The notes under the pieces: model-generated
What the model was told of the DNA's origin: nothing
Databases searched by the model: none
The model's input: only the letters and a program-made list of their open reading frames with translations
Program-made: the position numbers and the translations under genes
Shown: one piece after another, positions 9,638-21,500 of the stretch
Numbering within the stretch: position 1 is the first letter of the stretch
How the letters are laid out: each line of letters starts with the position of its first letter
From: an uncultured Gemmatimonadales bacterium
GTDB taxonomy: Bacteria; Gemmatimonadota; Gemmatimonadetes; Longimicrobiales; Gaopeijiaceae
Assembly: GCA_963809895.1 (NCBI GenBank)
Contig: CAWELD010000003.1
Span: forward strand, 384,001-448,000
Length of the DNA: 64,000 nucleotides
Reading direction: 5' to 3'

Positions 9638-11452
9638 ATGGTGGAACTCCTGCTGATGCTGGCACTTGCGTCGATGACCCCGAGGGTGGCGTACGCGGGT
9701 CGGGCGGTGAGGCCAGTAGACGTCGTCGCCGATTCCAGCCAGGCGGTGGAGGCCGCCAAGCAGGCCCAGGCGCGCTTCGAGCGGCGGCGGCTCCGGTGGG
9801 CCGACCGGGACCGGACGGGCACCTGGGGAGGCGAGTGTGACGAGCGCCTCGGGCGCATGTGCCTCCGCTTCGAGGAGGGCGGGGACTGGTGGCCGGGCGA
9901 CGAGGATCCCGACCTGGTCGAAGCCCGCGAGGCGCTCCTGGAGGAGTTGGCGCAGGCGGCGCGGACGGCCCCGGGCGATCCCTGGATCCTCGGGCAGCGC
10001 GTGGTCTATCTCGGCGAGGCCGGGCGCTGGGGCGAGGCTGGGCTGCTGGCCCGGCGGTGCCCGCTGGCGGCGGACCGGTGGTGGTGTGACGCGCTGCTGG
10101 GTCTGTCGCTCCACGCCCGCGGACGCTTCGTCGAGGCCGAGGCCGCCTTCCGCGACGCGCTGGCCGGCATGCCGCCGGAGCAGGCCCGCCAGTGGCAGGA
10201 CATGAAGCTGCTCCTGGACGGCGACGGCCGCGACCATCTGGACGACCTGGATCACCTGGACGCCGACCGGCGTGAGCGTGGTATCGCGGCCTTCTGGCGG
10301 CTCGCGGATCCGCTCTGGCTCGTCCCTGGCAACGACCGCCTCACCGAGCATTTCGCACGGCGGGTCGTGGCCCGCACGCGCTCCGACGCCCGCAATCCCT
10401 ACGCCATGAGCTGGGGCAGCGACCTGGACGACCTCCTGGTGCGCTACGGGTGGGAGATCGGCTGGGAGCGGACCGAGCCCAGGCCCGGCGAGCTCGGCAT
10501 GCGCGGCTCCGCCCTCGGGCACCAGCATCCCTACTCCGAGAGCTACGTGCCCACGGGGAAGGGTTGGCGGGAGCCCACGGGCGTGGAGGCCGAGGAGTGG
10601 ATTCCCGGTGCCCGCGATGAGCCCCGCACGGGCTACGCTCCGGGGTATGCCCCGGTCCTGCTTCCGGTCGACGCGCAGGTCGCCGTTCTGCCTCGGGGCG
10701 ACCGGGTGGTCGTGGTGGCGAAGCCCTTCCTCCCGGACGACACGACCTATCACGGCGGCCACGACCACCCGCCGCTACCCCTTCCGGACGCGTTCCAGGG
10801 GGCTTCGGACCAGGAAGGTCTGTTCCTGGCGGACTCCACCGGCGAGGCCGTGATTGCGCGCGTGAGCGCGCCGGGGACCGACGCCCCGCTGGTGGTGGAG
10901 GCGCCTGCCGGTCGCTACCTGCTCAGCCTGGAAACCTGGTCCCCGGCCCACCGGCGGGCAGGGCGGCTCCGTCGGCCGGTGGTGGCCCCGGCCACGCCGC
11001 CGGACATCCCGACGCTGTCGGATCTCCTGGTGCTGGCGCCCGGCGGCGGCGAGCCCACACGGCTTTCGGACATCGAGCCCTACCTGCTTCCCGGCGCCCG
11101 CGCGTCGGCGGGCGACACGTTGCGCATCGCCTGGGAGGTGTACGGCCTCGGGTGGCGCAGCGAGACGCTCTCGTACCGCCTCACCCTGACGCGCGTGCAG
11201 GGAGGCCTGCTCCACGCCGCCGGACGCTTCCTGGGGCTGGTGGGGGATCCACGGCAGCAGTCGCTGGACTGGCTCGAGCCCGCCCCCGAGGAACCGGGCC
11301 CACACCTGAGGGCGGTGGACCTGACGCTTCCGGGCGACCTGGACGCGGGCCGCTATCGGCTCCGCCTCGAGTTGGCCTCGGACGGGCGTACGACGCTCCA
11401 ATCCGAGCGCATCCTCGAGGTGGTCCCCCGAAGGGCGCCGTTCGGGCCCTGA
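9638..11452 (+). CDS. Secreted protein with TPR-like helices and a divergent GWxTD-like domain
   Basis: Signal-like N-terminus; FWRLADP...NDRLTEHFARR...SWGSD...LVRYG resembles the GWxTD family; C-terminal Ig-like domain. Confidence 0.6.
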   Translation: MVELLLMLALASMTPRVAYAGRAVRPVDVVADSSQAVEAAKQAQARFERRRLRWADRDRTGTWGGECDERLGRMCLRFEEGGDWWPGDEDPDLVEAREALLEELAQAARTAPGDPWILGQRVVYLGEAGRWGEAGLLARRCPLAADRWWCDALLGLSLHARGRFVEAEAAFRDALAGMPPEQARQWQDMKLLLDGDGRDHLDDLDHLDADRRERGIAAFWRLADPLWLVPGNDRLTEHFARRVVARTRSDARNPYAMSWGSDLDDLLVRYGWEIGWERTEPRPGELGMRGSALGHQHPYSESYVPTGKGWREPTGVEAEEWIPGARDEPRTGYAPGYAPVLLPVDAQVAVLPRGDRVVVVAKPFLPDDTTYHGGHDHPPLPLPDAFQGASDQEGLFLADSTGEAVIARVSAPGTDAPLVVEAPAGRYLLSLETWSPAHRRAGRLRRPVVAPATPPDIPTLSDLLVLAPGGGEPTRLSDIEPYLLPGARASAGDTLRIAWEVYGLGWRSETLSYRLTLTRVQGGLLHAAGRFLGLVGDPRQQSLDWLEPAPEEPGPHLRAVDLTLPGDLDAGRYRLRLELASDGRTTLQSERILEVVPRRAPFGP

Positions 11453-11454
11453 CG

Positions 11455-11483
11455 TTGACGCTCCTTCGCGCCGTTTCTAACTT
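11455..11483 (+). promoter_or_regulatory. sigma70-type promoter of prs-rplY-pth
   Basis: TTGACG-N17-TAACTT. Confidence 0.6.
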
Positions 11484-11570
11484 CGTGGGCTGTCGCACTC
11501 GTGCGGCTCACTAACCCGGAGCGGCGGCGGACCTCACGGAATGCCCCACGGCCCGAACACTCCCGGATCC

Positions 11571-12536
11571 ATGGACGACAATTTCGGTCGAGGCCCTCTC
11601 CTGCTGCTGGCGGGGCGGGCCAATCGCCCCCTTGTGAAAGAGATCAGCGACATCATCGGCGTCCCCGACGACGGGGCGACGATTCGTGATTTCGCCGACG
11701 GAGAGATCTTCGTCCGTATCGACCGGAACGCCCGGGGGCGGGACGTCTTCATCATCCAGCCCACCTCCGCGCCCGCCGAGAACACCATGGAGCTGTTGCT
11801 CCTCATCGATGCGGCGCGGCGCGCGTCGGCGGCGCGGGTCACGGCCGTAGTCCCGTATTTCGGATACGGTCGCCAGGACCGGAAGGATCAGCCGCGGGTC
11901 TCCATCGGGGCCAAGCTCATGGCGAACATGCTGGTGGCCGCCGGCGCGGACCGGGTGGTCTCCATCGACTTCCATCAGCACCAGATCCAGGGCTTCTTCG
12001 ACATCCCGGTGGACCACCTGTACGCGGCGCCGGTCATCACCCGCTACTTCCGGGACAAGGACCTTCAGGACCTGGTGGTGGTGGCGCCGGACGTGGGGTC
12101 GGCCAAGATGGCCCGAGGCTACTCCAAGCGGTTGGGGGCGACCTTCGCCATCATCGACAAGCGGCGCCCGGCGCACAACGTGGCCGAGGTTCTGAACGTG
12201 GTCGGTGACGTGAACGGGAAGAACTGCCTGCTCACCGACGACATGGTGGACACGGGCGGCACCCTGGCCAATGCGGTCAAGGCCCTCAAGGAGCGGGGTG
12301 CGCGCGCTGTCTACGCGGCGGCGACCCACGCGCTGCTCTCGGGGAACGCGGCGGAGAGGCTGTCCGCGGCGCCCCTGGAGGAGTTCGTGGTCACCAACAC
12401 GATCCACATCCCCGAGGAGCGGCGCTTCGAGGGGTTGAAGGTGCTGTCGGTGGCGGGCCTGCTGGCCAACGCCATCGAGTACATCCACTCGAACGAGTCG
12501 GTCAGTCAGCTCTTCGAGTTCAGGGACAACGACTGA
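11571..12536 (+). CDS. prs: Ribose-phosphate pyrophosphokinase (start 11541 or 11571)
   Basis: FADGEI, PYFGYGRQDRK, VVAPDVG, IIDKRRP, DDMVDTGGTL. Confidence 0.97.
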   Translation: MDDNFGRGPLLLLAGRANRPLVKEISDIIGVPDDGATIRDFADGEIFVRIDRNARGRDVFIIQPTSAPAENTMELLLLIDAARRASAARVTAVVPYFGYGRQDRKDQPRVSIGAKLMANMLVAAGADRVVSIDFHQHQIQGFFDIPVDHLYAAPVITRYFRDKDLQDLVVVAPDVGSAKMARGYSKRLGATFAIIDKRRPAHNVAEVLNVVGDVNGKNCLLTDDMVDTGGTLANAVKALKERGARAVYAAATHALLSGNAAERLSAAPLEEFVVTNTIHIPEERRFEGLKVLSVAGLLANAIEYIHSNESVSQLFEFRDND

Positions 12537-12599
12537 GGGACCCGCAAGTACTCACCTGAAACGGGCCCCGCAGGCCCTCTTCGAGGCAGGTAGCAGATC

Positions 12600-13292
12600 A
12601 TGACGATTCACGCGACGCTCAATGCGGAAAAGCGCGACGCCACCGGCAAGGGCGCCGCCAGGAAGCTCAGGGCCGAAGGGCTCGTGCCCGCGGTGGTCTA
12701 CGGGCAGGGCGGCGACGCCATCGCCGTGACCCTGAACGCGCACGACGCGCTGCGGCTCTTCGAGAGCATCTCCGTCGAAAACACGCTCGTGGACCTGACC
12801 CTGGACGGCGAGAGCATGGAGACCCTGGTGCGGGAGATCCAGGTCCATCCGATCCGGCCCGAGTTGCTCCACGTCGACTTCTATCGCGTCCAGAAGGGCA
12901 TCATCCTGGACGTGGAGATCCCGGTGCACCTCACGGGCATTCCCGTGGGCGTCAAGTCGCACGGGGGCGTTCTCCAGCAGGTCATCCACGACCTGCCGGT
13001 GCGGACGATCCCGTCGCTCATCCCCGAGAGCGTCGAGGTCGACGTGACCGGCCTGGACGTGGGCGATTCGGTGCACGTGGGCGAGCTCGACCTGCCCGAA
13101 GACGTGGAGGTCCAGCTCGACGACGAGCGCACGGTGTGCTCCGTGATCATTCCGAAGGGCCTCGCCGCCGAGGAGGAAGAGGAGGAGGAGGGCGAGGAGC
13201 CGGAGCTCATCGGTGAGGAAGGCGAGGAAGGCGAAGTCGCCGAGGGCGCCGAGGGCGAGGAAGCCGACACCGAAGGCGAGTCCGAAGGCTGA
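12600..13292 (+). CDS. rplY: 50S ribosomal protein L25/Ctc with acidic tail
   Basis: GKGAARKLRAEGLVPAVVYG, EIQVHP, LLHVDF, PVGVKSHGG. Confidence 0.96.
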   Translation: MTIHATLNAEKRDATGKGAARKLRAEGLVPAVVYGQGGDAIAVTLNAHDALRLFESISVENTLVDLTLDGESMETLVREIQVHPIRPELLHVDFYRVQKGIILDVEIPVHLTGIPVGVKSHGGVLQQVIHDLPVRTIPSLIPESVEVDVTGLDVGDSVHVGELDLPEDVEVQLDDERTVCSVIIPKGLAAEEEEEEEGEEPELIGEEGEEGEVAEGAEGEEADTEGESEG

Positions 13293-13294
13293 CC

Positions 13295-13849
13295 ATGAAC
13301 GTGGTGGCCGGGCTCGGCAATCCGGGGCCCGACTACGATTCCACCCGTCACAACGTGGGCTGGTGGATGTTGGACCGCCTCGCGCACGACTGGGGCTTCG
13401 GCACGTTTCGCCAGGAAGGTCGAGCCCTGGTGACCGGCGGGACGGTGGGCGGCCGACGCGTCGAGCTGGTGAAGCCCACCACCTGGATGAATCGCAGTGG
13501 CGCCGGCCTGCTCCCCTACCGGGAGTTGGACCCGTCCACCGACCTCCTGGTGGTGGTGGACGACGCGGCGCTGGATGTGGGCCGGGTACGATTCCGGCCC
13601 AGCGGGAGCCCCGGGGGGCACAATGGGCTCAAGTCGGTCTCGGCCGTGCTGGGGACCGACGACTACGCCCGCCTCAGGATCGGCGTGGGCCGATGCCCTC
13701 CGGAGACCGACCTGGCGGACTGGGTGCTGTCACCCATGCCACCGGAGGACGAGGACACGGTGGTGGAGCTCCTCCCGGAGCTGACGGAGGCCGTGGGCCT
13801 CTGGCTGGACGAAGGAATCGAAGCGGTGATGAACCGCTACAATCGATGA
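13295..13849 (+). CDS. pth: Peptidyl-tRNA hydrolase
   Basis: [39 protein letters not shown]. Confidence 0.96.
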   Translation: MNVVAGLGNPGPDYDSTRHNVGWWMLDRLAHDWGFGTFRQEGRALVTGGTVGGRRVELVKPTTWMNRSGAGLLPYRELDPSTDLLVVVDDAALDVGRVRFRPSGSPGGHNGLKSVSAVLGTDDYARLRIGVGRCPPETDLADWVLSPMPPEDEDTVVELLPELTEAVGLWLDEGIEAVMNRYNR

Positions 13850-13934
13850 GCGGCGCCCGGCCGGGCGCGGCCACGCCGGTGGACCTCGGAGGTCCCCGGC
13901 CAACGCGAACCGCACCGAGGAAACGAGTCATCCC

Positions 13935-16040
<2,106 letters not shown>

Positions 16041-16079
16041 CGCCCAGGATCGCCGCCCGGGCTCCCGGGCACGACGCCT

Positions 16080-16123
16080 CGCAGGCCCGGCATTCCTTCG
16101 TGGATGCCGGGCCTGCGCCTTTT
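16080..16123 (+). terminator. Intrinsic terminator after hppA
   Basis: 14-bp stem CGCAGGCCCGGCAT/ATGCCGGGCCTGCG followed by CCTTTT. Confidence 0.75.
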
Positions 16124-16309
16124 CTGTCGTCCGGCTGGACCCGCCTTCCCGCGCCTCCCCACACCGGGGCACCCTCCGTCACGGTGAATGACACCCCGTC
16201 CGCCGGACGGCGTATTACATCGCGGAGCGGGAACAGGGGAGGGCGGTGGGGCGTCGGGGGCCAAGAGGGATTGGATGACACAATGGACGCGGAACGGGTG
16301 CAGAGGCTC

Positions 16310-18772
16310 ATGAGGCGAGATGGCGGGCGGCGGAGCGTGAGGCAGGTCGTTACGGCGACGATCCTCCTGCTCGGCCTGGCGGCAGGCCGGGTGGCGGCCC
16401 AGACGGTCGCCGGGTCGGTGGCGGAGCCGGGCCGTTGGTTGGTGACGCTGGAGGATTCCCAGGGTCGGGCGGTGGCGTCGCGGGTGAGCGCCGAGGACGG
16501 CAGCTTCGTCCTGCGGGCCCTCCGAGCCGGCGCGTGGGCCGTGCGGGCGGAGCGGGTGGGATTCCGGACCACGCGCTCCGACGCCGTCGAGCTGGCGGCC
16601 GGCGATACCACCCAGGTAACGCTGGACGCCACGCCCGATGGCAACCTGGCCGCTCTCACCGGAATGGAGAGCTCCAGCTGCGTGGTGAGGCCGACGCCGG
16701 ACACGCCCACCGGCCGTGCCTGGCAGCAGGCGAGGGTCGCGCTGGCTGTGGCGGCAGGCCTCCTGGACCAGGAGGCCATCCTCCTGGACGCATCGGTGTA
16801 CCGCCGCGAGCTGGCGGCCGACGGGCGCACGGTGCGCCGTGAGGAGCCGGTCGACGTGCGCACCGGCGTCACCCGGGTCACGCCTGCCGTGGATCCGGCC
16901 GACCTGGTGGAACGGGGCTTCGTCCGTGAGGCGGAGGACGGGGGATTCCGTTTCTTCAGCCCGGCGCCCGGCGTGATTCTCTCCGATGCGTTCCAGGACA
17001 CGCACTGCTTCCGCCTGCGCCCCGACGGAGGTCCGGCGCTGGTGGGCCTGGCCTTCGAGCCGACCCCCGGGCGGGACTCGATCCCCGACGTGGGCGGGGT
17101 CCTGTGGATCGAGGCTGCGAGCGGCCGGCTGGTCCTCATGGAGTACGCATTCCGGAACTTCGAGCTCGGCATCCCCCTGGGAGGGGCCGGCGGGCGCACG
17201 GTGTTCGCCGAGCTGTCCGACGGAAGCTGGGTCATGCCGGAGACCTGGCTGCGCATGCCGCTGCTGGAGGTGGCGCTGGGTGAGGACGACGCGCCCACGC
17301 AGCGGTGGGGTCTGGGTGGAGTCCGCGAGGAAGGGGTGCGACTCCAGCGGGTCCGATCGGGCAATCAGGCGTGGTCTCTGGAAACCAGCACGGGCACCGT
17401 GGAAGGCGTGGTGCGGCTGCACGAGGACGGCGAGCCTCTGGAAGGGGCCCGGGTGGTGATCCCGGGCACGACGCACGAGACCCGCACCGACGCCCAGGGA
17501 CGCTACCGCCTGGACGGATTGCTGGGCGGTGTGTACCCGGTGACGGCGAGGCATCCCAGGCTGGAAGCGCTCGCCGTGGGCGCGGGCGTGCATCCCGTGG
17601 CGGTCCAGGAGGGCTCGGTCAGCCACCTGGATCTGGCGGCGCCGCGTCCCGAAGAAGCGGCGGCGCAGCTGTGCGGGGGCGTGGGCACCACCGGACCCCG
17701 GATCATCCTGTCGGGACAGGTGCTGGATTCGCTGACGGACGAGCCGCTCGCCGGGGTGCCCCTGACGCTGCGCTTCCGCGACGAGCGTCGCGACGGCTCG
17801 CCCAGCCGCGAGGTGCGCATCTCCAGCGGATCCGGCGGAGAGTACGTCTACTGCGACGTGCCACCCGCTACCGAGGTGCGTATCCGGCCGCAGACTCCCG
17901 GTAGTGACGGTACCGACGACGACGTGTTCGTCACGGCCAACAGCGGCGTCATGCGCCGAAACCTGGTGGTGCGGCTGTCCACGGAGACTGGACCCTCGGG
18001 CATCTTCGGCACTGTGCGCGAGTACTCCACCAACCGGCCGCTGGAGAACGCCGACGTGGTGGTGCAGGGGACCGACATCCACGTGCTCACCAACTCCAAC
18101 GGCTTCTTCGCCATCCCCGCCGTGCCGCCGGGCCTCCAGGTGCTGGAGGTGAGCCACCTGGGGAACCAGAGCCGCAACGCGGTGGTGCAGGTCGGCGGCT
18201 CCGGCGCGACGCGCGTGGAGGTGGAGCTCGCCACCGAGGCCATCCCCGTGGAAGGGATCACGGTCACCGTGGTTCCGCGCCGCCTGTTCGGCGACATGGT
18301 GGACATGCAGAAGCGCATGGAGTTGGGCTTCGGGACCTACATCATGAAGGAGGAGCTCGAGCAGCGGGGCGGGAACCTGGCCACGGCGCTCCGGGGCAAG
18401 GGCGGCGTGCGCCTCGTGCGCATGACCGATCGTCCCGGCGGGCTGGCGCCGGTGCTCCGGGGCACCATGGACCTGACCGGCTCCAAGGACGACCGCGGCG
18501 AAGTCTGGTGCTATCCGGCCGTATATCTCGATGGGCAGCGCTGGAGCCTGCCCAGGGAAGGCGGCGTCGGCCACGAGCCTCTGGACTTCACGCAGTTCCT
18601 GGCCATGGACGTGGAGGCCGTCGAGGTCTACAAGGGCGCGGGGTCGGTGCCCGGCGAGTTCGGCGGAGGCGACGCCGCCTGCGGCGCCATCGTGATCTGG
18701 AGCCGCCGGGGCGGCGTGACCATCCGGGGTAAGGCCTCGGGCAGGGGCGGCAGCGATGGGGGCGGTTCCTAG
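16310..18772 (+). CDS. Secreted protein with several carboxypeptidase-regulatory-like domains and a C-terminal TonB plug-like domain (start uncertain)
   Basis: Repeated G.V...PL.GA.V....TD..G.Y units; C-terminal CYPAVYLDG and DVEAVEVYKG....PGEF....ACGAIVIWSRRG. Confidence 0.8.
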   Translation: MRRDGGRRSVRQVVTATILLLGLAAGRVAAQTVAGSVAEPGRWLVTLEDSQGRAVASRVSAEDGSFVLRALRAGAWAVRAERVGFRTTRSDAVELAAGDTTQVTLDATPDGNLAALTGMESSSCVVRPTPDTPTGRAWQQARVALAVAAGLLDQEAILLDASVYRRELAADGRTVRREEPVDVRTGVTRVTPAVDPADLVERGFVREAEDGGFRFFSPAPGVILSDAFQDTHCFRLRPDGGPALVGLAFEPTPGRDSIPDVGGVLWIEAASGRLVLMEYAFRNFELGIPLGGAGGRTVFAELSDGSWVMPETWLRMPLLEVALGEDDAPTQRWGLGGVREEGVRLQRVRSGNQAWSLETSTGTVEGVVRLHEDGEPLEGARVVIPGTTHETRTDAQGRYRLDGLLGGVYPVTARHPRLEALAVGAGVHPVAVQEGSVSHLDLAAPRPEEAAAQLCGGVGTTGPRIILSGQVLDSLTDEPLAGVPLTLRFRDERRDGSPSREVRISSGSGGEYVYCDVPPATEVRIRPQTPGSDGTDDDVFVTANSGVMRRNLVVRLSTETGPSGIFGTVREYSTNRPLENADVVVQGTDIHVLTNSNGFFAIPAVPPGLQVLEVSHLGNQSRNAVVQVGGSGATRVEVELATEAIPVEGITVTVVPRRLFGDMVDMQKRMELGFGTYIMKEELEQRGGNLATALRGKGGVRLVRMTDRPGGLAPVLRGTMDLTGSKDDRGEVWCYPAVYLDGQRWSLPREGGVGHEPLDFTQFLAMDVEAVEVYKGAGSVPGEFGGGDAACGAIVIWSRRGGVTIRGKASGRGGSDGGGS

Positions 18773-18847
18773 CGGGCGGTGGTCTGCTACATTGAGGCTC
18801 CGCCCGGGGCGAGAGGCCCTCGGCCCGCACCTTCGCCGTCGGCTTCC

Positions 18848-20050
18848 ATGTCCAGAGAGATCTCGTTCGAGAACGCCCTCGCCTTCGCCAGCGATCTGAT
18901 CCGCATCCCCTCTCCGCCTGGAGCGGAGGGCGAGGTAGCCGTCCGGGTCCGCGAAGAGATGGAGGCGCTCGGCTTCGACGACGTGCGGGTGGACGCCGCC
19001 GGCAACGTGATCGGGGTCGCCCGCGGCGCGGGCGACGGGCCGGCGGTCCTGCTCAACAGCCATCTCGACGTGGTCGCCGAGGGTGATCCCGCCGAGTGGG
19101 AGCATCCCCCGTTCTCCGGCGTGGTGGAGGGGGGATGCCTGCACGGGCGGGGTGCCATGGACATCAAGGGGCCGCTGGCGCTCCAGACCTACGCCGCGGC
19201 GTCGCTGGCCGGCAAGGCGCCGGGCGACGTGATCGTGGCCCACACGGTCTACGAGGAGCGGGGCGGGCTCGGCATGAAGAGCCTCCTGGAGACCGGCGAG
19301 GTGACGCCGGACCTGGTCATCATCGGTGAGGCCACCCACGGCGACATCTGCATCGGCCACCGGGGACGGGCTGAGCTCGAGGTGGTCCTTCGCGGGGTGG
19401 CGGGGCACGCCAGCGCGCCGGAACGGGCCCGCAACGCCCTGGAACTCTTGCCCGCGGTATTGGAGGCGGTGGCCTTCGTGGCCGCCGATCAACCCAGCGA
19501 CCCGGTGCTGGGTTCGGCGACGCTGGCGGCGACGGCGGTGGACGTGCTGCCCGAGAGCCGCAACGTGATCCCCGACAAGGTGGTTGTGGCGCTGGACTGG
19601 CGCATCCTGCCGGGCTCCACCGAGGAACAACTCGTGGAGCGGGTGAGCGAGGCGATCCGTCGGCGCGTGACGGCGGTTTCCGAGGGACTGTCGTGGGAGG
19701 TGCGGGTGGCCACGGAGGAGCAGACCACCTACACCGGCCTCACCCGGGACAAGGGCCTGCTCACGCCGGGCTTCCTCCTGTCACCGGATCACCCCGCCGT
19801 GGTGGCGGCCGCCGCGGCTGCGGGGCTGAGGGAAGGGGAGGGAGCGGCGACGGTTCGTCCGTGGACCTTCGCCACCGACGGCGGTTGGAGCTGCGGGGTG
19901 CACGGCATCCCCACCTTCGGATTCGCGCCGGGCGAGGAGCGTTTCGCCCACACCAACCGCGAGCGGCTCGACGTGGACGAGGCGCGCTGGGCCTACCAGC
20001 GCTATCCCCTCATCATCACCGCCGCCCAGGAGGCCCTGAGCGGCGGTTGA
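18848..20050 (+). CDS. M20/ArgE/DapE-family metallo-hydrolase
   Basis: NSHLDVV, GRGAMDIKG, EERGG, IIGEAT, GHAS.PE, ATDG, HTNRE. Confidence 0.9.
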   Translation: MSREISFENALAFASDLIRIPSPPGAEGEVAVRVREEMEALGFDDVRVDAAGNVIGVARGAGDGPAVLLNSHLDVVAEGDPAEWEHPPFSGVVEGGCLHGRGAMDIKGPLALQTYAAASLAGKAPGDVIVAHTVYEERGGLGMKSLLETGEVTPDLVIIGEATHGDICIGHRGRAELEVVLRGVAGHASAPERARNALELLPAVLEAVAFVAADQPSDPVLGSATLAATAVDVLPESRNVIPDKVVVALDWRILPGSTEEQLVERVSEAIRRRVTAVSEGLSWEVRVATEEQTTYTGLTRDKGLLTPGFLLSPDHPAVVAAAAAAGLREGEGAATVRPWTFATDGGWSCGVHGIPTFGFAPGEERFAHTNRERLDVDEARWAYQRYPLIITAAQEALSGG

Positions 20051-20069
20051 CGAGACTCCCGGGGCCTGT

Positions 20070-20089
20070 GGTGGCGGACGCCCGCCACC
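20070..20089. terminator. Hairpin between convergent genes
   Basis: GGTGGCGG-ACGC-CCGCCACC. Confidence 0.45.
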
Positions 20090-20096
20090 GGCCGGG

Positions 20097-21413
20097 TCAG
20101 TCACCGGCGGGCGGCTCGGCCGTGGACGTCCGTGACGACTGCAGCATGCGCCGGTTGGCGGCGCGCATGACCTCCTCCAGGTCGAGCCCCAGGGCCGAGG
20201 CCATGGCTTCCACCGTGCCCAGGGCGCCGCGCACCCGCTGATTGGCGGCGTTGGCCAACCCCTCGCCGTCGCCCCCGTCCAGGACCACCATGCGATCGAT
20301 CTCCGTGCCCTTCACGGCTTCGACGGCGGTGCTGAGCAACTGGGGCAGCTTCTCGGCCACGAACACCGCGAAGGCCTGATCGCCGCCCTCCTTCACCTGC
20401 TCGTAGAGCCGCCGCAGGATCTCCACCTGCGCCTTGCCTCGCTCCAGGATGGGCGCGGCCTGCGCTTCGGCCTCGGCCTGGGCTGCCTCGCGGGCGGCCA
20501 GGGCCGGGGTCACCACATCGGCCTGCAGTCGCTGCTGCTCCTTCTGCACCCGACGGGTCTCGAGCTCCTTCTGCGCCTCGACCTCGGCCTGCTCTGCCTT
20601 GACCCGCGCGGTGCGCTCGGCGATCTCGCCTTCCTGATCCAGGGCCGCCTGTCGGACCCGGAGACGGTTCTGGGCTTCGGCCACCGTCACGGCGGTCTCG
20701 GCCTCCCGCACCTCGGCGCGCTTGCGGGCCTCGGCCTGGGCCTCGCGGGTGTCGGCTTCGGCATCGGCCTCGGCGATCTCGGCTTCGCGCACGGCCTCCG
20801 CAGCCTTCTTGCGGCCGATGGCCTCCAGGTAGCCCCGCTCGTCGCTGACGTTCTGGATCTTCAGGACGTCGAGGTGGAATCCCAGTGCCGTCAGATCCTC
20901 GCCGGCGTCCTCGGCCAGCGCCCGGGCGAACCCGAGGCGATCCTCGTTGACGGCCTCGGGCGTGAGCGTGGCCAGGACGCCACGCAGGTTACCCATGAGG
21001 GTGTCCTTGGCCAGCGATTGGACCTCCTCCTCGGTCTTGCCCAGGAGGCGTTCCACGGCGTTGTTGAACACCGTCTCGGGCTCCGAGGCCAGCTTGACGT
21101 TGGCGATGGCCTCGACGTTCAGGGGGATGTTGCCCTTGGAGAAGGCGTTCTTCACCGAGATCTCGATGGGGAACGTCTCCAGGTTCATGTGCTGGACCGT
21201 CTCGATGATGGGGATGCGCATGGTGCGTCCGCCGATGACCGAGCGGTAGCCCACCCGCTGTCCGTCGCCGAGGCGCCGGTTGCGGCCGGTGATGACCGCC
21301 GCCCGGTTGGGCGGCACGATGACGATGAGCGCCCGCACCGTCGCCAGGGCCACGATGGCCACTGCCAGGACGACCAGGGCGAGCACGGCCGGAGCAAAGA
21401 AGGCTTCAGGCAT
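20097..21413 (-). CDS. Flotillin/SPFH domain protein
   Basis: N-terminal TM, SPFH domain (NAVERLLG, LMGNLRGVLATLTPEAVNEDR, LKIQNVSD), AE-rich coiled coil. Confidence 0.92.
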   Translation of the reverse strand: MPEAFFAPAVLALVVLAVAIVALATVRALIVIVPPNRAAVITGRNRRLGDGQRVGYRSVIGGRTMRIPIIETVQHMNLETFPIEISVKNAFSKGNIPLNVEAIANVKLASEPETVFNNAVERLLGKTEEEVQSLAKDTLMGNLRGVLATLTPEAVNEDRLGFARALAEDAGEDLTALGFHLDVLKIQNVSDERGYLEAIGRKKAAEAVREAEIAEADAEADTREAQAEARKRAEVREAETAVTVAEAQNRLRVRQAALDQEGEIAERTARVKAEQAEVEAQKELETRRVQKEQQRLQADVVTPALAAREAAQAEAEAQAAPILERGKAQVEILRRLYEQVKEGGDQAFAVFVAEKLPQLLSTAVEAVKGTEIDRMVVLDGGDGEGLANAANQRVRGALGTVEAMASALGLDLEEVMRAANRRMLQSSRTSTAEPPAGD

Positions 21414-21500
21414 TCCACGACTCCTTGAGTGATACGGGCGGGTCCCTGTGACAAATACGGGCGCGCGCCGACGTCTCTTCAGGCTTCTGCTGCATGCATG

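Noticed and set aside
11430..11460. Possible duplication of the tRNA-Gln 3' end marking an island boundary
   Set aside because: Only a 6-bp CGGGCC match, expected by chance at this GC content; no integrase present.
13170..13292. GAG-rich low-complexity tract
   Set aside because: It encodes the usual acidic tail of Ctc-type L25.
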